From Acutalibacteraceae bacterium (GTDB taxonomy: Bacteria; Bacillota; Clostridia; Oscillospirales; Acutalibacteraceae): a stretch of 46,880 nucleotides of DNA. Location: the NCBI GenBank assembly GCA_045654865.1, contig JAZOOE010000011.1, forward strand, positions 1-46,880, written 5' to 3'. A model generated the notes under the pieces. It saw nothing but the letters and a program-made list of their open reading frames with translations, searched no databases and had not been told where the DNA came from. The first letter of the stretch is position 1. Each line of letters opens with the position of its first letter. Positions 1 to 7,906 of this stretch are shown piece by piece. The position numbers and the translations under genes were made by a program.

Positions 1-381
1 TTGCCGCTTACCACGAAAGCGTTGTATATTGCTCAGTTTGCGGCGAGGAAATCTCAAGAACACCCGTAAACGGCACAACGCTTCCTCACACAGAGGAAAA
101 GATACCCGCCGTTGCTCCCGATTGCGATACGGACGGTCTGACAGAGGGCGTTAAGTGCTCCGCTTGCGGAGACATTCTTACCGCTCCCGAAAAAGATCCC
201 GCAAAGGGACACACACCCGCTGAGGCAGTTATTGAAAACGAGGTAGCTGCAACCTGCAAGATTGCGGCATACCACGAAAGCGTTGTATATTGCTCAGTCT
301 GCGGAGAGGAAATTTCAAGAACACCCGTAAACGGCACAACACTTCCTCACACAGAGGAGGAAATTCCTGCTGTCGCTCCCT
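1..381 (+). repeat. In-frame 261-bp (87-codon) direct repeat inside the Cys-rich protein gene
   Basis: nt 10-120 and 271-381 align at an offset of 261 with only a few mismatches (accacgaaagcgttgtatattgctcagt[t/c]tgcgg...cttcctcacacagagga). Confidence 0.9.
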
Positions 382-761
382 CCTGCACTCAGGCAGGCTG
401 GACAGCCGGTAGCAAGTGTACCGTCTGCGGTGACGTTGTAACAGCTCCCGAGACAGTAGGAAAGCTGGCACACGATATGGGTGAGTGGGTTCAGATTACT
501 GCTCCCTCCTGCACTGAAGAGGGCCTTGAAGAGGCTCAGTGTAAGGTATGCGGATATACACAGCAGAGATACACCCCCGAAAAAGAGCACGATTATGACG
601 AGAACGGCGTCTGCACCGAATGCGGAAAGGAAGAAACCTGTATTCATATCTGTCACAGAGACGACAATATCTTTGCAAAGGCAGTATGGTCAATAATCCG
701 CTTTATCTGCAGCATTTTCGGTATCGGCAAGACCTGCTCCTGCGGTGAAGCTCACTATTGA
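1..761 (+). CDS. 3' part of a secreted Cys-rich repeat protein; the gene begins upstream of the window
   Basis: Frame 3 is open from nt 3 to the TGA at 759-761, whereas the ORF track lists it only from the internal Met at 477. The translation is AAYHESVVYCSVCGEEISRTPVNG...CSCGEAHY*. It contains repeated C-x5-8-G-x4-5-C-x2-CG modules. Its tail is closely similar to the C-terminus of the LRR protein at 11730-14069. Confidence 0.8.
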   Translation, partial: AAYHESVVYCSVCGEEISRTPVNGTTLPHTEEKIPAVAPDCDTDGLTEGVKCSACGDILTAPEKDPAKGHTPAEAVIENEVAATCKIAAYHESVVYCSVCGEEISRTPVNGTTLPHTEEEIPAVAPSCTQAGWTAGSKCTVCGDVVTAPETVGKLAHDMGEWVQITAPSCTEEGLEEAQCKVCGYTQQRYTPEKEHDYDENGVCTECGKEETCIHICHRDDNIFAKAVWSIIRFICSIFGIGKTCSCGEAHY

Positions 762-800
762 TTTCGTTGCAATAGCTTATTGTAATTACTGAATAAAAAA

Positions 801-830
801 AGAAGCTGCAGAAGAAATTTTGCAGCTTCT
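801..830. terminator. Hairpin between convergent genes, probably a bidirectional terminator
   Basis: There is a perfect 10-bp stem, agaagctgca (801-810) / tgcagcttct (821-830). It is preceded by an A-run and followed by ttc, 40 nt after the stop at 761. Confidence 0.55.
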
Positions 831-897
831 TTCAATCAGTGTCGTATTATAATTCTGTCGATGATAAATCGGTTTTTATATTTTTATTCTTACGGAA

Positions 898-930
898 AAC
901 GGCTCGCCTCTCTGATGAAAGGCAGCCGTT
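898..930 (-). terminator. Probable intrinsic terminator of the acidic-protein gene array
   Basis: On the minus strand the sequence reads aacggctgcc-tttcatcagaga-ggcgagccgtt followed by ttttcc. It lies downstream of the stop at 1007. Confidence 0.5.
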
Positions 931-1006
931 CTCTTTATGTGCTTTATGTTGAAATTTTATCGGTAAAAATGATCATCTCCTTTTATTATGATTTATATGC
1001 TTCTGA

Positions 1007-1531
1007 TTATTTTTTTGAAAGGTGATTAAGAACAATATCGAGCATTTTGTTATCTGCTGTCATGATTGCACTATCAGCACAAGCCCCCTTGAAGATGACC
1101 TCGGCAAGAGCATCAAGATTCTTTTCAAGGAAAAGCAATACCTCAAAGATACCTTTTTCTATGATCTTTTCGGAGGGAGCTGAATTTTCACATTCAATGA
1201 AATGCTTTGTGCGGATTTCTCCGTCATCGTAATCAAGCTCAAAAATCGTGTTGTCATCAATGGAGCGGTTGTTGACTCTGCAGATAAAGTCTGAAAGTCT
1301 TTCCATCATATCGTCATCATTGATGTCGGCTCTTACTGGGATCTGAGCGTAAATGGTGAAGCTGTCATCTCTTACGACTATCTTGTGTATGACGTTGTTT
1401 ATAACTGCGTTAACAGAGGTGACAAAGGTGAATATGTTTTTGTTTCCGTTAAAGGAATAGTCAACTCCTGTTTTATTGAAAAATTCTGTGAGGACAAGCT
1501 TTGTTGCAACTGAAGTTTTAGTATCTGACAT
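1007..1531 (-). CDS. Small acidic cytoplasmic protein, YbjN/T3SS-chaperone-like (short type, paralog of 2356-2853)
   Basis: The protein is 174 aa with no signal peptide. The RBS is ttAAGGAGAaaaatattATG. It carries the core IPVRADI-x12-FICRVNN-x14-DYDDGEI, which is shared with the three neighbouring genes. The family assignment is from remembered YbjN (PF10722) features and is not HMM-verified. Confidence 0.7.
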   Translation of the reverse strand: MSDTKTSVATKLVLTEFFNKTGVDYSFNGNKNIFTFVTSVNAVINNVIHKIVVRDDSFTIYAQIPVRADINDDDMMERLSDFICRVNNRSIDDNTIFELDYDDGEIRTKHFIECENSAPSEKIIEKGIFEVLLFLEKNLDALAEVIFKGACADSAIMTADNKMLDIVLNHLSKK

Positions 1532-1572
1532 AATATTTTTCTCCTTAATATAATTGATTTTTTTCTGATTGA

Positions 1573-2250
1573 TTATTCCTCTGTGTCATCGATGTCTTCT
1601 GTCGCATCGGTTACGTCCAAGGGGAAGTCGTCTGCATCCTCGCCGTCTGTTGAATCATTAATCTGCTCTGCAACAGCGGCTGCTCTTTCTCTGAGTGCCT
1701 TGATGAGCTCATCCGGTGACGAGCCCTCCATGCCCAATGCCTTTGAAAGCATATCTGCAAGTGAAGTGGGCTTATTATCAGTGCCTTCGACCACTTCTTT
1801 TACCGGCTTGTCCGTGTATAAGATGTCCATAATGCCCTGAGAAAAGCGCTTTACCATGAGGGCGGGGTAGAATAAGGAATTTGCGATCATTTCATCTGTA
1901 AGCTCCATATCGTCGCAGGGAACCTCAAAAACGCTCTGAATCTCTCCGTCATTTCTGTCAAAATCAAAATGAGTTCTGATAAGGCTGTTGTTTATACGGC
2001 AGAAGAATTCATTTATTCTCTTGACTTTAGTTTCATCGGTTGTGTCTACCTTTACGGGGATCTTTCCGAGCACGATAAACTTGTTTTCCTTTATAATGAA
2101 AAGGTAGGAAAGTGACGAAATTGCACCGTCGAGTCCCGTGGCAAGAATAAATCTTCCCTTGTCCTCATCAAAGTGGTATTTGAGCTCGTGCTCATCAAAG
2201 TTGTTGATGATCTTCTGTGCGATTTCGTGTGAGTAAGTTCTTGTTGACAT
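1573..2250 (-). CDS. Small acidic protein, YbjN/T3SS-chaperone-like (long type with a poly-acidic C-terminal tail, paralog of 2890-3399)
   Basis: The ORF track starts at 2286, but AAAGGAGAaattattATG places the RBS inside that extension, so I start at the Met of MSTRTYSHE (2250). The core is IPVKVDT...FFCRINN...DRNDGEI. The tail is DSTDGEDADDFPLDVTDATEDIDDTEE. Confidence 0.7.
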   Translation of the reverse strand: MSTRTYSHEIAQKIINNFDEHELKYHFDEDKGRFILATGLDGAISSLSYLFIIKENKFIVLGKIPVKVDTTDETKVKRINEFFCRINNSLIRTHFDFDRNDGEIQSVFEVPCDDMELTDEMIANSLFYPALMVKRFSQGIMDILYTDKPVKEVVEGTDNKPTSLADMLSKALGMEGSSPDELIKALRERAAAVAEQINDSTDGEDADDFPLDVTDATEDIDDTEE

Positions 2251-2350
2251 AATAATTTCTCCTTTGTGATTTTTATGATTTTTCAAGGGTGTTTCCCTTG
2301 CTGATACTAATATAAACTATCCTATAAATGTATTTTTCGGGGGGTGATTT
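2251..2350 (-). promoter_or_regulatory. Promoter/5' leader of acidic-protein module 1 (duplicate of 3400-3500)
   Basis: This ~95-nt block is nearly identical to 3400-3497 at an offset of about 1150 bp (cccttgctgatactaatataa[a/g]ctatcct[a/g]taaatgtatttttc). It contains a small leader hairpin (caaggg-aaaca-cccttg) and a TATATT-like -10 on the minus strand. Confidence 0.55.
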
Positions 2351-2355
2351 TATGC

Positions 2356-2853
2356 TCAGTCTTTTCGTAACAAGGCTTCAAGCTTGCCTTTTGTCATTTT
2401 TATAGCAGCATCTGCCGAAATACCGTAGAAGATTATGGCAAAAACAGATTCCGCAACCTCCTCTGTGAAGGCGGTAATAGAAAGCAGTGCTTCCGTGATG
2501 ACGTCAACAGAGGGCTCAGAGCCTTCGCTTTCAATAAAGGTCTTACAGCTTATCTCACCGTCCTCGGGATCGATTTCAAGAAGTAAGGAGTTGTGCGTGT
2601 AATTCATTCGGCAGATAAAATCGTATAAAGCCGCAACCGCTCTTTTGTCGGTCATATCTGCTCTGATGGGAAGTAAATTTACAATAGCACAGCCTTCATC
2701 GTCAACTAATATGGATTTGACGGTTTTGCTGATTCTGCCGTGTAAGGATGCATCATATCTGAAAAGTCCGCGCTCCTCATCGTATGCATAGATAATGTCG
2801 AGGTTCTCAAGAATTGAGTGAATGTTTTCGATAAAAGCTTCTGATGTTGTCAT
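2356..2853 (-). CDS. Small acidic protein, YbjN/T3SS-chaperone-like (short type)
   Basis: The protein is 165 aa. The RBS is aAAGGAGAaaaacaaaATG. The core is LPIRADM-x12-FICRMNY-x11-DPEDGEI. It is a paralog of 1007-1531. Confidence 0.7.
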   Translation of the reverse strand: MTTSEAFIENIHSILENLDIIYAYDEERGLFRYDASLHGRISKTVKSILVDDEGCAIVNLLPIRADMTDKRAVAALYDFICRMNYTHNSLLLEIDPEDGEISCKTFIESEGSEPSVDVITEALLSITAFTEEVAESVFAIIFYGISADAAIKMTKGKLEALLRKD

Positions 2854-2889
2854 TTTGTTTTTCTCCTTTGTGTTTTTTTAGTTTTGTTT

Positions 2890-3399
2890 TCAGCTTGCTT
2901 GTCTTCTTGATTCAATTGATTCTTCACACGCTCTTATAATGTCGCATATGTCCTTGTCGGAATGCATGGCAGTAAGAAGCGCTCCGATATAATCTCTGAT
3001 AAGAAGCATTGTGCAGGCGAAGGCGTTTGTTATCATTTCGTCGGAAAGCTCCATATTGTCGAAGTTTACGCTGTATCTTGCCTGTATATCTCCGTCGGAA
3101 GAATCAAAGAAAAAGTGGACACGAGACATGCCGCTGTCTACACGGCAGAAAAATTCATTCATTCTTGCAATAACCTTTTTGTTATCGGGATCGGCGTTTA
3201 CGGGAAGGCTTCCGATAAGTAAAAAGTGACTCTTGTGAATAACGGCGTGAAAATTTATCTGACCGAGAAGAGGGGAAACGGCTGTTGAAAAGTGTATAAT
3301 TCCTGCTTCCTCATCAAAATCGTAATGAGGGCTTTGGTGGGCCTCAAGATGCTCCATAATCTTAGTTGCTGCATCCATTGAATATTCTCTTTCTGACAT
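2890..3399 (-). CDS. Small acidic protein, YbjN/T3SS-chaperone-like (long type)
   Basis: As in 1573-2250, the RBS AAAGGAGAaattattATG lies inside the track's N-terminal extension, so I start at MSEREYS (3399). The core is LPVNADP...FFCRVDS...DSSDGDI. Confidence 0.7.
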   Translation of the reverse strand: MSEREYSMDAATKIMEHLEAHQSPHYDFDEEAGIIHFSTAVSPLLGQINFHAVIHKSHFLLIGSLPVNADPDNKKVIARMNEFFCRVDSGMSRVHFFFDSSDGDIQARYSVNFDNMELSDEMITNAFACTMLLIRDYIGALLTAMHSDKDICDIIRACEESIESRRQAS

Positions 3400-3500
3400 A
3401 ATAATTTCTCCTTTTTGATTTTTATGATTTTCCAAGGTTTTTTTCCCTTGCTGATACTAATATAAGCTATCCTGTAAATGTATTTTTCAGGGGGGGATTT
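3400..3500 (-). promoter_or_regulatory. Promoter/5' leader of acidic-protein module 2 (duplicate of 2251-2350)
   Basis: This is the same conserved block as 2251-2345. It is flanked upstream, in gene orientation, by G7 (3490-3496) and G8 (3506-3513) homopolymers. Confidence 0.55.
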
Positions 3501-3552
3501 TTTGAGGGGGGGGTGATATACAGGGTGCCGAAAATACCCTTGAATGCCGAAA

Positions 3553-3594
3553 GGAGCTCTCTGCAGTCTTACGTCCTGCAGAGAACTCCTTTTT
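3553..3594. terminator. Strong hairpin between the glycosidase gene and the acidic-protein array
   Basis: The stem is ggagctctctgcag (3553-3566) / ctgcagagaactcc (3576-3589). The T-run (3590-3594) is on the plus strand, while on the minus strand the hairpin is followed only by tttcgg. The direction of action is therefore ambiguous. Confidence 0.5.
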
Positions 3595-3625
3595 GTTGAA
3601 TATTACTTTTTAAGGCTTTTGGCTT

Positions 3626-5569
3626 TTAATCTTCAATTACTGTCATGCTGTGAATGTCCACACGCTCTGCGGTGAAGTGTATTCCCTTATGGTCAAAGGT
3701 AAAGGGAACGTCTGTGCCCTCGGGTGCAAGATATACTCTTGAAGGCTTTTTGTCTGCCTTTACGGTACATTCCACGTTATAAAGCGGAACGGTGTCCTCA
3801 ATGACCTCGGTGTTTTTGCCTCTGACGGTGGTGTGAGCAAAAAGAAGATGGAGAATGCTTCTCTTTTCAGTCTCCTGTCTTGTAAGAGTCATAACAGCCT
3901 TATCGGGAATTGCGGCACTTGCCGAAACGTTGTCTCCCAGCATAGTCTTTATTACGTGAGTGAATATCTCCTTGAAGCAAAGATGTCCGTGAATGGCATA
4001 GGCTCTGAAAATGTCCCAGCCTATATAGGCTATATTTCCCTTTCTGACTACTGCGGGGAAGGACTGCTCCTCATTGTTGGGAGCGTGCATGTGTGAGCAG
4101 AAATGCTCTCTCGTACGGTTGAAGAAGGGATCCTGTCTGTAAGCCGATACTATGCCGTCATTAAGTCCCAGCTTGTAGGATTTACAGCGCATAATGTAAG
4201 CGGTATCTCCGTTTACCGTGGGGAAGCAAGGTACAAAGTACGTGGGGGAAAGCTCGTTCTCGCCCAAAAATTCGGCACCCGTGTCAAGTAAGAAGCTGCC
4301 GTCTCTTACAATGCTTTCGCCGCTTGCAATAACAAAGCCGCCGTTTGCCGTAAATTCCTTTACCTTGGCAATAAAGCTGTCGGAAATGCCCGCAACGTCA
4401 GGAAGAATGAGAAGCTTATAGCCCGTCAGCTCGGCTGTTTCGTCAATGAAATTATAAAGATAATTGTTTTCAAGCAGCATTCTGTTTGCGCCCGTGTCAG
4501 CAGGCTCGTTTCTGTTGCCGGTATATTCCTCTGCGCTGAGCACCGCTATATCCGCAACGTTTAAGGCGCCCTTGAGCCATGGCTCTCTTTCTCTGATTCT
4601 TGAATATGCCTTGCCGATAAGAGAATAGGTGACCTCGTTCATTTCACCTGAGGAATGCATCTGATCTCCGATGGAGCAGCCGGCGCCGTTCATAACGCTG
4701 AGAGCCGTTTCATAAATAAGGGCATTGGGATGCTTGAAGCCGCCGAATTCTCCCCAGCTCTGATGGAATTTGCCTGTCATTCCAAGATATTCCTTATCTC
4801 CGAGAGTTCTGACATAAGCGGCGGATAAGGGGAAGTGATCATATCCCCAGCCGCCTGTGGGGAGGCTTTCAAGCTCAAGGTGGGTATTGTAATTTATAAA
4901 GGTATGATTACCCTTGGGGATGTGTCCGCTGTTATGGAAAATTGTAGCCGTATCGCTGTGGCGTCTCACAGCCGCATTTACAGCGTTAGCGTATTTATCA
5001 AAAACAACCGTTGCGAATTTGTTGAGATGCTCCTCGTTGGTTACGTCCATTCCGAGCGCCTTCATATCGCGGATACAGCTTTCGCATACGCAGGTTTTGG
5101 GTGATATTATATCAAGGAAAATGCCGCAGGGGTTATAAAGCTCCATAACCTCCTCGATCTGATCGCAAAGCGCCCCCAGGTAGCCCGTGTTGAAGCAAAG
5201 AAGATGGAAGTGAGCCTCATTGTGAACCTTTTCTACCTCCTTTTCATCAAGGGAGTGGATTCTTCTCCATTCGGGGTGGGCATCATATGCCTTTTCGTCA
5301 AGACCTGCGGAAATATATACGGGTGCGTTTACACCAAGCTCACGGCAGACCTCAAGCTGTGCGCCCAGAAGATCGAAATCAAGTCCGGGATGCATTTCGT
5401 TTGCCTTTGTGGGGTGATATGACCAGCCGTGATGGCATTTTGAAAATACGGTAATGGAATCAACGTTTCCGATTTTAAGAGCTTTTGCAAACTGCTCCTT
5501 TGAAAATTTTTCACCTACCTTGAGAAGCGGTGAGGTGTGAAAATCAAGATGTACCTGACGAAGTCTCAT
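3626..5569 (-). CDS. Putative glycoside hydrolase, GH42-like / GHL6-type TIM barrel with a beta-galactosidase-trimerisation-like middle domain
   Basis: The protein is about 647 aa and cytoplasmic. The N-terminus MRLRQVHLDFHTSP...SITVFSKCHHGWSYHPT is as I remember it for GHL6/GH42-like proteins. The first ATG (5578) overlaps the RBS AAAGGA, so I prefer the ATG at 5569. The family is not verified. Confidence 0.6.
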   Translation of the reverse strand: MRLRQVHLDFHTSPLLKVGEKFSKEQFAKALKIGNVDSITVFSKCHHGWSYHPTKANEMHPGLDFDLLGAQLEVCRELGVNAPVYISAGLDEKAYDAHPEWRRIHSLDEKEVEKVHNEAHFHLLCFNTGYLGALCDQIEEVMELYNPCGIFLDIISPKTCVCESCIRDMKALGMDVTNEEHLNKFATVVFDKYANAVNAAVRRHSDTATIFHNSGHIPKGNHTFINYNTHLELESLPTGGWGYDHFPLSAAYVRTLGDKEYLGMTGKFHQSWGEFGGFKHPNALIYETALSVMNGAGCSIGDQMHSSGEMNEVTYSLIGKAYSRIREREPWLKGALNVADIAVLSAEEYTGNRNEPADTGANRMLLENNYLYNFIDETAELTGYKLLILPDVAGISDSFIAKVKEFTANGGFVIASGESIVRDGSFLLDTGAEFLGENELSPTYFVPCFPTVNGDTAYIMRCKSYKLGLNDGIVSAYRQDPFFNRTREHFCSHMHAPNNEEQSFPAVVRKGNIAYIGWDIFRAYAIHGHLCFKEIFTHVIKTMLGDNVSASAAIPDKAVMTLTRQETEKRSILHLLFAHTTVRGKNTEVIEDTVPLYNVECTVKADKKPSRVYLAPEGTDVPFTFDHKGIHFTAERVDIHSMTVIED

Positions 5570-5795
5570 AATATTCATCCTTTCTGTTACTTAATATTAT
5601 TAAACAGCAAAAGCTTTGTTTTTGTCAAGCATCGTGATGTCTTATATGGGATAAAATCTGTGCAACGGCTGTATTTTTATATGATTTTCGGAATATATGA
5701 AAAAGCCCCGAGAAAACAAAGCCGCCCCGATTCGTGATTCCGGCACAAATCGGAGCAGCTCATTCCTTGAAGCTTTTTAATTTGTCGAGAGTATT

Positions 5796-7085
5796 TTAGC
5801 TTTGACCGGCTTTTTCCTTGGTCGGTAGTTTAAGCCTTATGTCTGCCGTGAACGTCAGATTCTGACAGTCATAAATCAGGTCGCCGTTATATTTCTTAAT
5901 TGTCTTGTTGACGTTTTTCGTTCCGATACCGTGCTCGGCGCGGTTTTTCTTGGTGGTTTTCAGTGTATTATTCTTGCCGATCTTAACGTCCTTTTCCACG
6001 GGATTTGATACGCTGAGAATAAGGTTGTTGTTTCTGACGGCTGACTCTACTCTTATGGTACATCCGCTGAGCCTCTCCGTTGCCTCAATGGCATTGTCAA
6101 TGGTATTGCCGAGAATCGTGCATATATCCTTATCCTCAATTCCCTCTGACGGGAACTGACCGCTGAACACTATTTTATTATCCGACTGAGCGGCAACCAC
6201 TGCCTTTGTGTTCAATATGGTGTCCGCTATGAAATTGCCCGTGGATATTTTATTCAGCGTGCCCGAAATATCCGCATTCATAGCGTTTATATATTCTCTT
6301 GCCCTGTCGGTGCTGCCGCTTTCAAGCAAAGCATTTATAACGATCATGTGATTGCGGTAATCGTGACGGAACTGTCTTAAATTCTCGTCACCCTTGAGCA
6401 TTTTCTCCGAGAAATTTTTCTGATCGTTGAACTGTCGGAGAATTTCGTTTTGCTGATAGGTAAGGGAGAAGATTCTGAAAACGAAGAACAGAACACAGAG
6501 AATAACGCTTATAGTGGAGATAATATAAAGCACGTTATACCATGCGTAGGACTCGCCGAAGCTTTTATAATAGCCCGTCATATCGAAAAACAGAACTGCC
6601 GCAAATATCGGTCGGGGAACGGAGTCGAATACCTGAGGCATTATGTTGTTGGAGGATTGCTTTTGGGTGAATATTATGAAGAAAAGCATCAGAGCGTACA
6701 TTATGATGTATACTATGGCGCGTGCAAAAAGATATTCCGGAATATACGGCGCAAAAAGGGAATAGAACATTTCCATGGTGCACACACATAAAAGCAGGAA
6801 CCAAAGCCGTGTACCTTTTTTTACGTCCTTTGCAAGCCACAACACGCTGAGGGCATAGCAAATGCTTGAAACAACGTCAAGTATCAGCTGCTTGTCCTCC
6901 TCGGTGCCCTTAAAAAAGAAGATACAGAAAACAGCGTTTGCTGCGATTATAGCTCCCACCCCCAGTGCGGCGGGAATATTTTTTTTGAATTTACCTCCCA
7001 GCAGATATACTGAGGCAAAAACAAGAGTTATACATATAAGCACGTCGTGTGCCGTGTATAACAGAAAATCAAGAATGGTTGTCAA
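5796..7085 (-). CDS. AgrC-like membrane sensor histidine kinase (HPK10 type, GHKL ATPase)
   Basis: The N-terminal half is polytopic, with about 6 TM segments. It has the H-box FRHDYRNHMIVINALL, the N-box LGNTIDNAIEA and the G-box EHGIGTKNVNKTIKKYNGDL. It uses a TTG start with GAGGTG 5 nt upstream, 15 nt after the regulator stop. Confidence 0.85.
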   Translation of the reverse strand: MTTILDFLLYTAHDVLICITLVFASVYLLGGKFKKNIPAALGVGAIIAANAVFCIFFFKGTEEDKQLILDVVSSICYALSVLWLAKDVKKGTRLWFLLLCVCTMEMFYSLFAPYIPEYLFARAIVYIIMYALMLFFIIFTQKQSSNNIMPQVFDSVPRPIFAAVLFFDMTGYYKSFGESYAWYNVLYIISTISVILCVLFFVFRIFSLTYQQNEILRQFNDQKNFSEKMLKGDENLRQFRHDYRNHMIVINALLESGSTDRAREYINAMNADISGTLNKISTGNFIADTILNTKAVVAAQSDNKIVFSGQFPSEGIEDKDICTILGNTIDNAIEATERLSGCTIRVESAVRNNNLILSVSNPVEKDVKIGKNNTLKTTKKNRAEHGIGTKNVNKTIKKYNGDLIYDCQNLTFTADIRLKLPTKEKAGQS

Positions 7086-7100
7086 AAAATCACCTCTGGC

Positions 7101-7802
7101 TTACATATCGGCGTATTTGAGAAAGTTCACATATGCCTTGTGGAATAAGGCAAGATTTCTTCTGGATATCTCAATTTTTTCACCGTTTATAAGTGTTATT
7201 ATATGCCCGTCGATTTCGGCAATATATTTCATATTCACAAGAAACGTTCTGTGTGTTCTGAAAAAGCGGAAGCTGTTTATCTCTGAAACAAAGGCAGAAA
7301 GTGCCTTCTGTGAGGTGTAAGAGGTGTTGTTGCATCTTACCGTTGTATATCTTCCGCTTGATTCTATATACATAATCTCGGGTAATGAAACAAATATTGT
7401 GCCCGAGGGCATGGGAATCTCAACTCTGAGATATTGGTCAAAGCTTATAAGAAAGTCATCCAGAGCCTTGAAAAGAGTCTCTTTTTCAATTGGCTTGAGA
7501 AGATAACGGAAGGTGTTTACCTCAAAGCTTTTGAATACATATTCGCTGTATGCTGTTATAAAAATGATAACCGCCCTTTTGTTTGTAAGGCGTATTCTTT
7601 CTGCTATCTCCATTCCCGTTGCATCGGGCAGATTGTAGTCCAAAAGATAAAGATCGTAGTCCTCTGTCGAAGAAAAAAATTCAGCCCCCGTCATAAACGC
7701 ATTCAGCTGATATGAGATATTTTTTTCTTCCATATAGTCAGAAATGAGTGTCTTTAGTATATCAATTGTATAAGCTTCATCTTCACAAATTGCAATTTTC
7801 AT
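7101..7802 (-). CDS. LytTR-family response regulator (AgrA/ComE/PlnC-like)
   Basis: It has the receiver domain MKIAICEDE...LLDYNLPDATG and a C-terminal LytTR domain (IESSGRYTTV...FFRTHRTFLVNMKYI). The RBS is AGGAGAtatgaaatATG. Confidence 0.9.
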   Translation of the reverse strand: MKIAICEDEAYTIDILKTLISDYMEEKNISYQLNAFMTGAEFFSSTEDYDLYLLDYNLPDATGMEIAERIRLTNKRAVIIFITAYSEYVFKSFEVNTFRYLLKPIEKETLFKALDDFLISFDQYLRVEIPMPSGTIFVSLPEIMYIESSGRYTTVRCNNTSYTSQKALSAFVSEINSFRFFRTHRTFLVNMKYIAEIDGHIITLINGEKIEISRRNLALFHKAYVNFLKYADM

Positions 7803-7836
7803 ATTTCATATCTCCTGCCTTAAGTTATTTTACCAC

Positions 7837-7906
7837 AATATAGCACATAAGTAAAAGTATTTTCAATAAAATACGTACGAGTGGTCGATTTTTCGGGCGA
7901 ACGGTA
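7837..7906 (-). promoter_or_regulatory. Putative autoregulated promoter of the LytTR/kinase operon
   Basis: Read on the minus strand, the order is TACCGTTCG (7898-7906), then 20 bp later the degenerate site GACCACTCG (7878-7886), then TTGAAA (7861-7866), an 18-nt spacer, and TGcTATATT (7837-7845). Confidence 0.55.

Noticed and set aside
2251-2286. N-terminal extensions MKNHKNHKGEII / MENHKNQKGEII of the ORFs at 1573-2286 and 2890-3435. These look conserved between the paralogs.
   Set aside because: The conservation is explained by the duplicated 5' leader. The extension contains the RBS AAAGGAGA positioned 7 nt before the internal ATG, so the real starts are 2250 and 3399.
1007-3399. An alternative reading of the four acidic proteins as a tandem immunity-protein array of a polymorphic toxin locus.
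   Set aside because: No toxin domain, LXG/Rhs/WXG or T7SS component is visible nearby. The adjacent protein ends in the CxCGxAHY tail rather than a variable toxin module. The alternating long/short pairing, with each pair having its own promoter, fits chaperone-like pairs better. This reading cannot be fully excluded without fold searches.
5677-5763. A 28-codon Cys-containing ORF (MSCSDLCRNHESGRLCFLGAFSYIPKII) just downstream of the AgrC-like kinase, considered as an AgrD-like autoinducer precursor.
   Set aside because: The only purine-rich stretch (AAGGA) abuts the ATG with zero spacing. The position after the kinase, without any AgrB, is atypical. The peptide has no amphipathic leader or charged tail like AgrD. 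It is kept only as a note.
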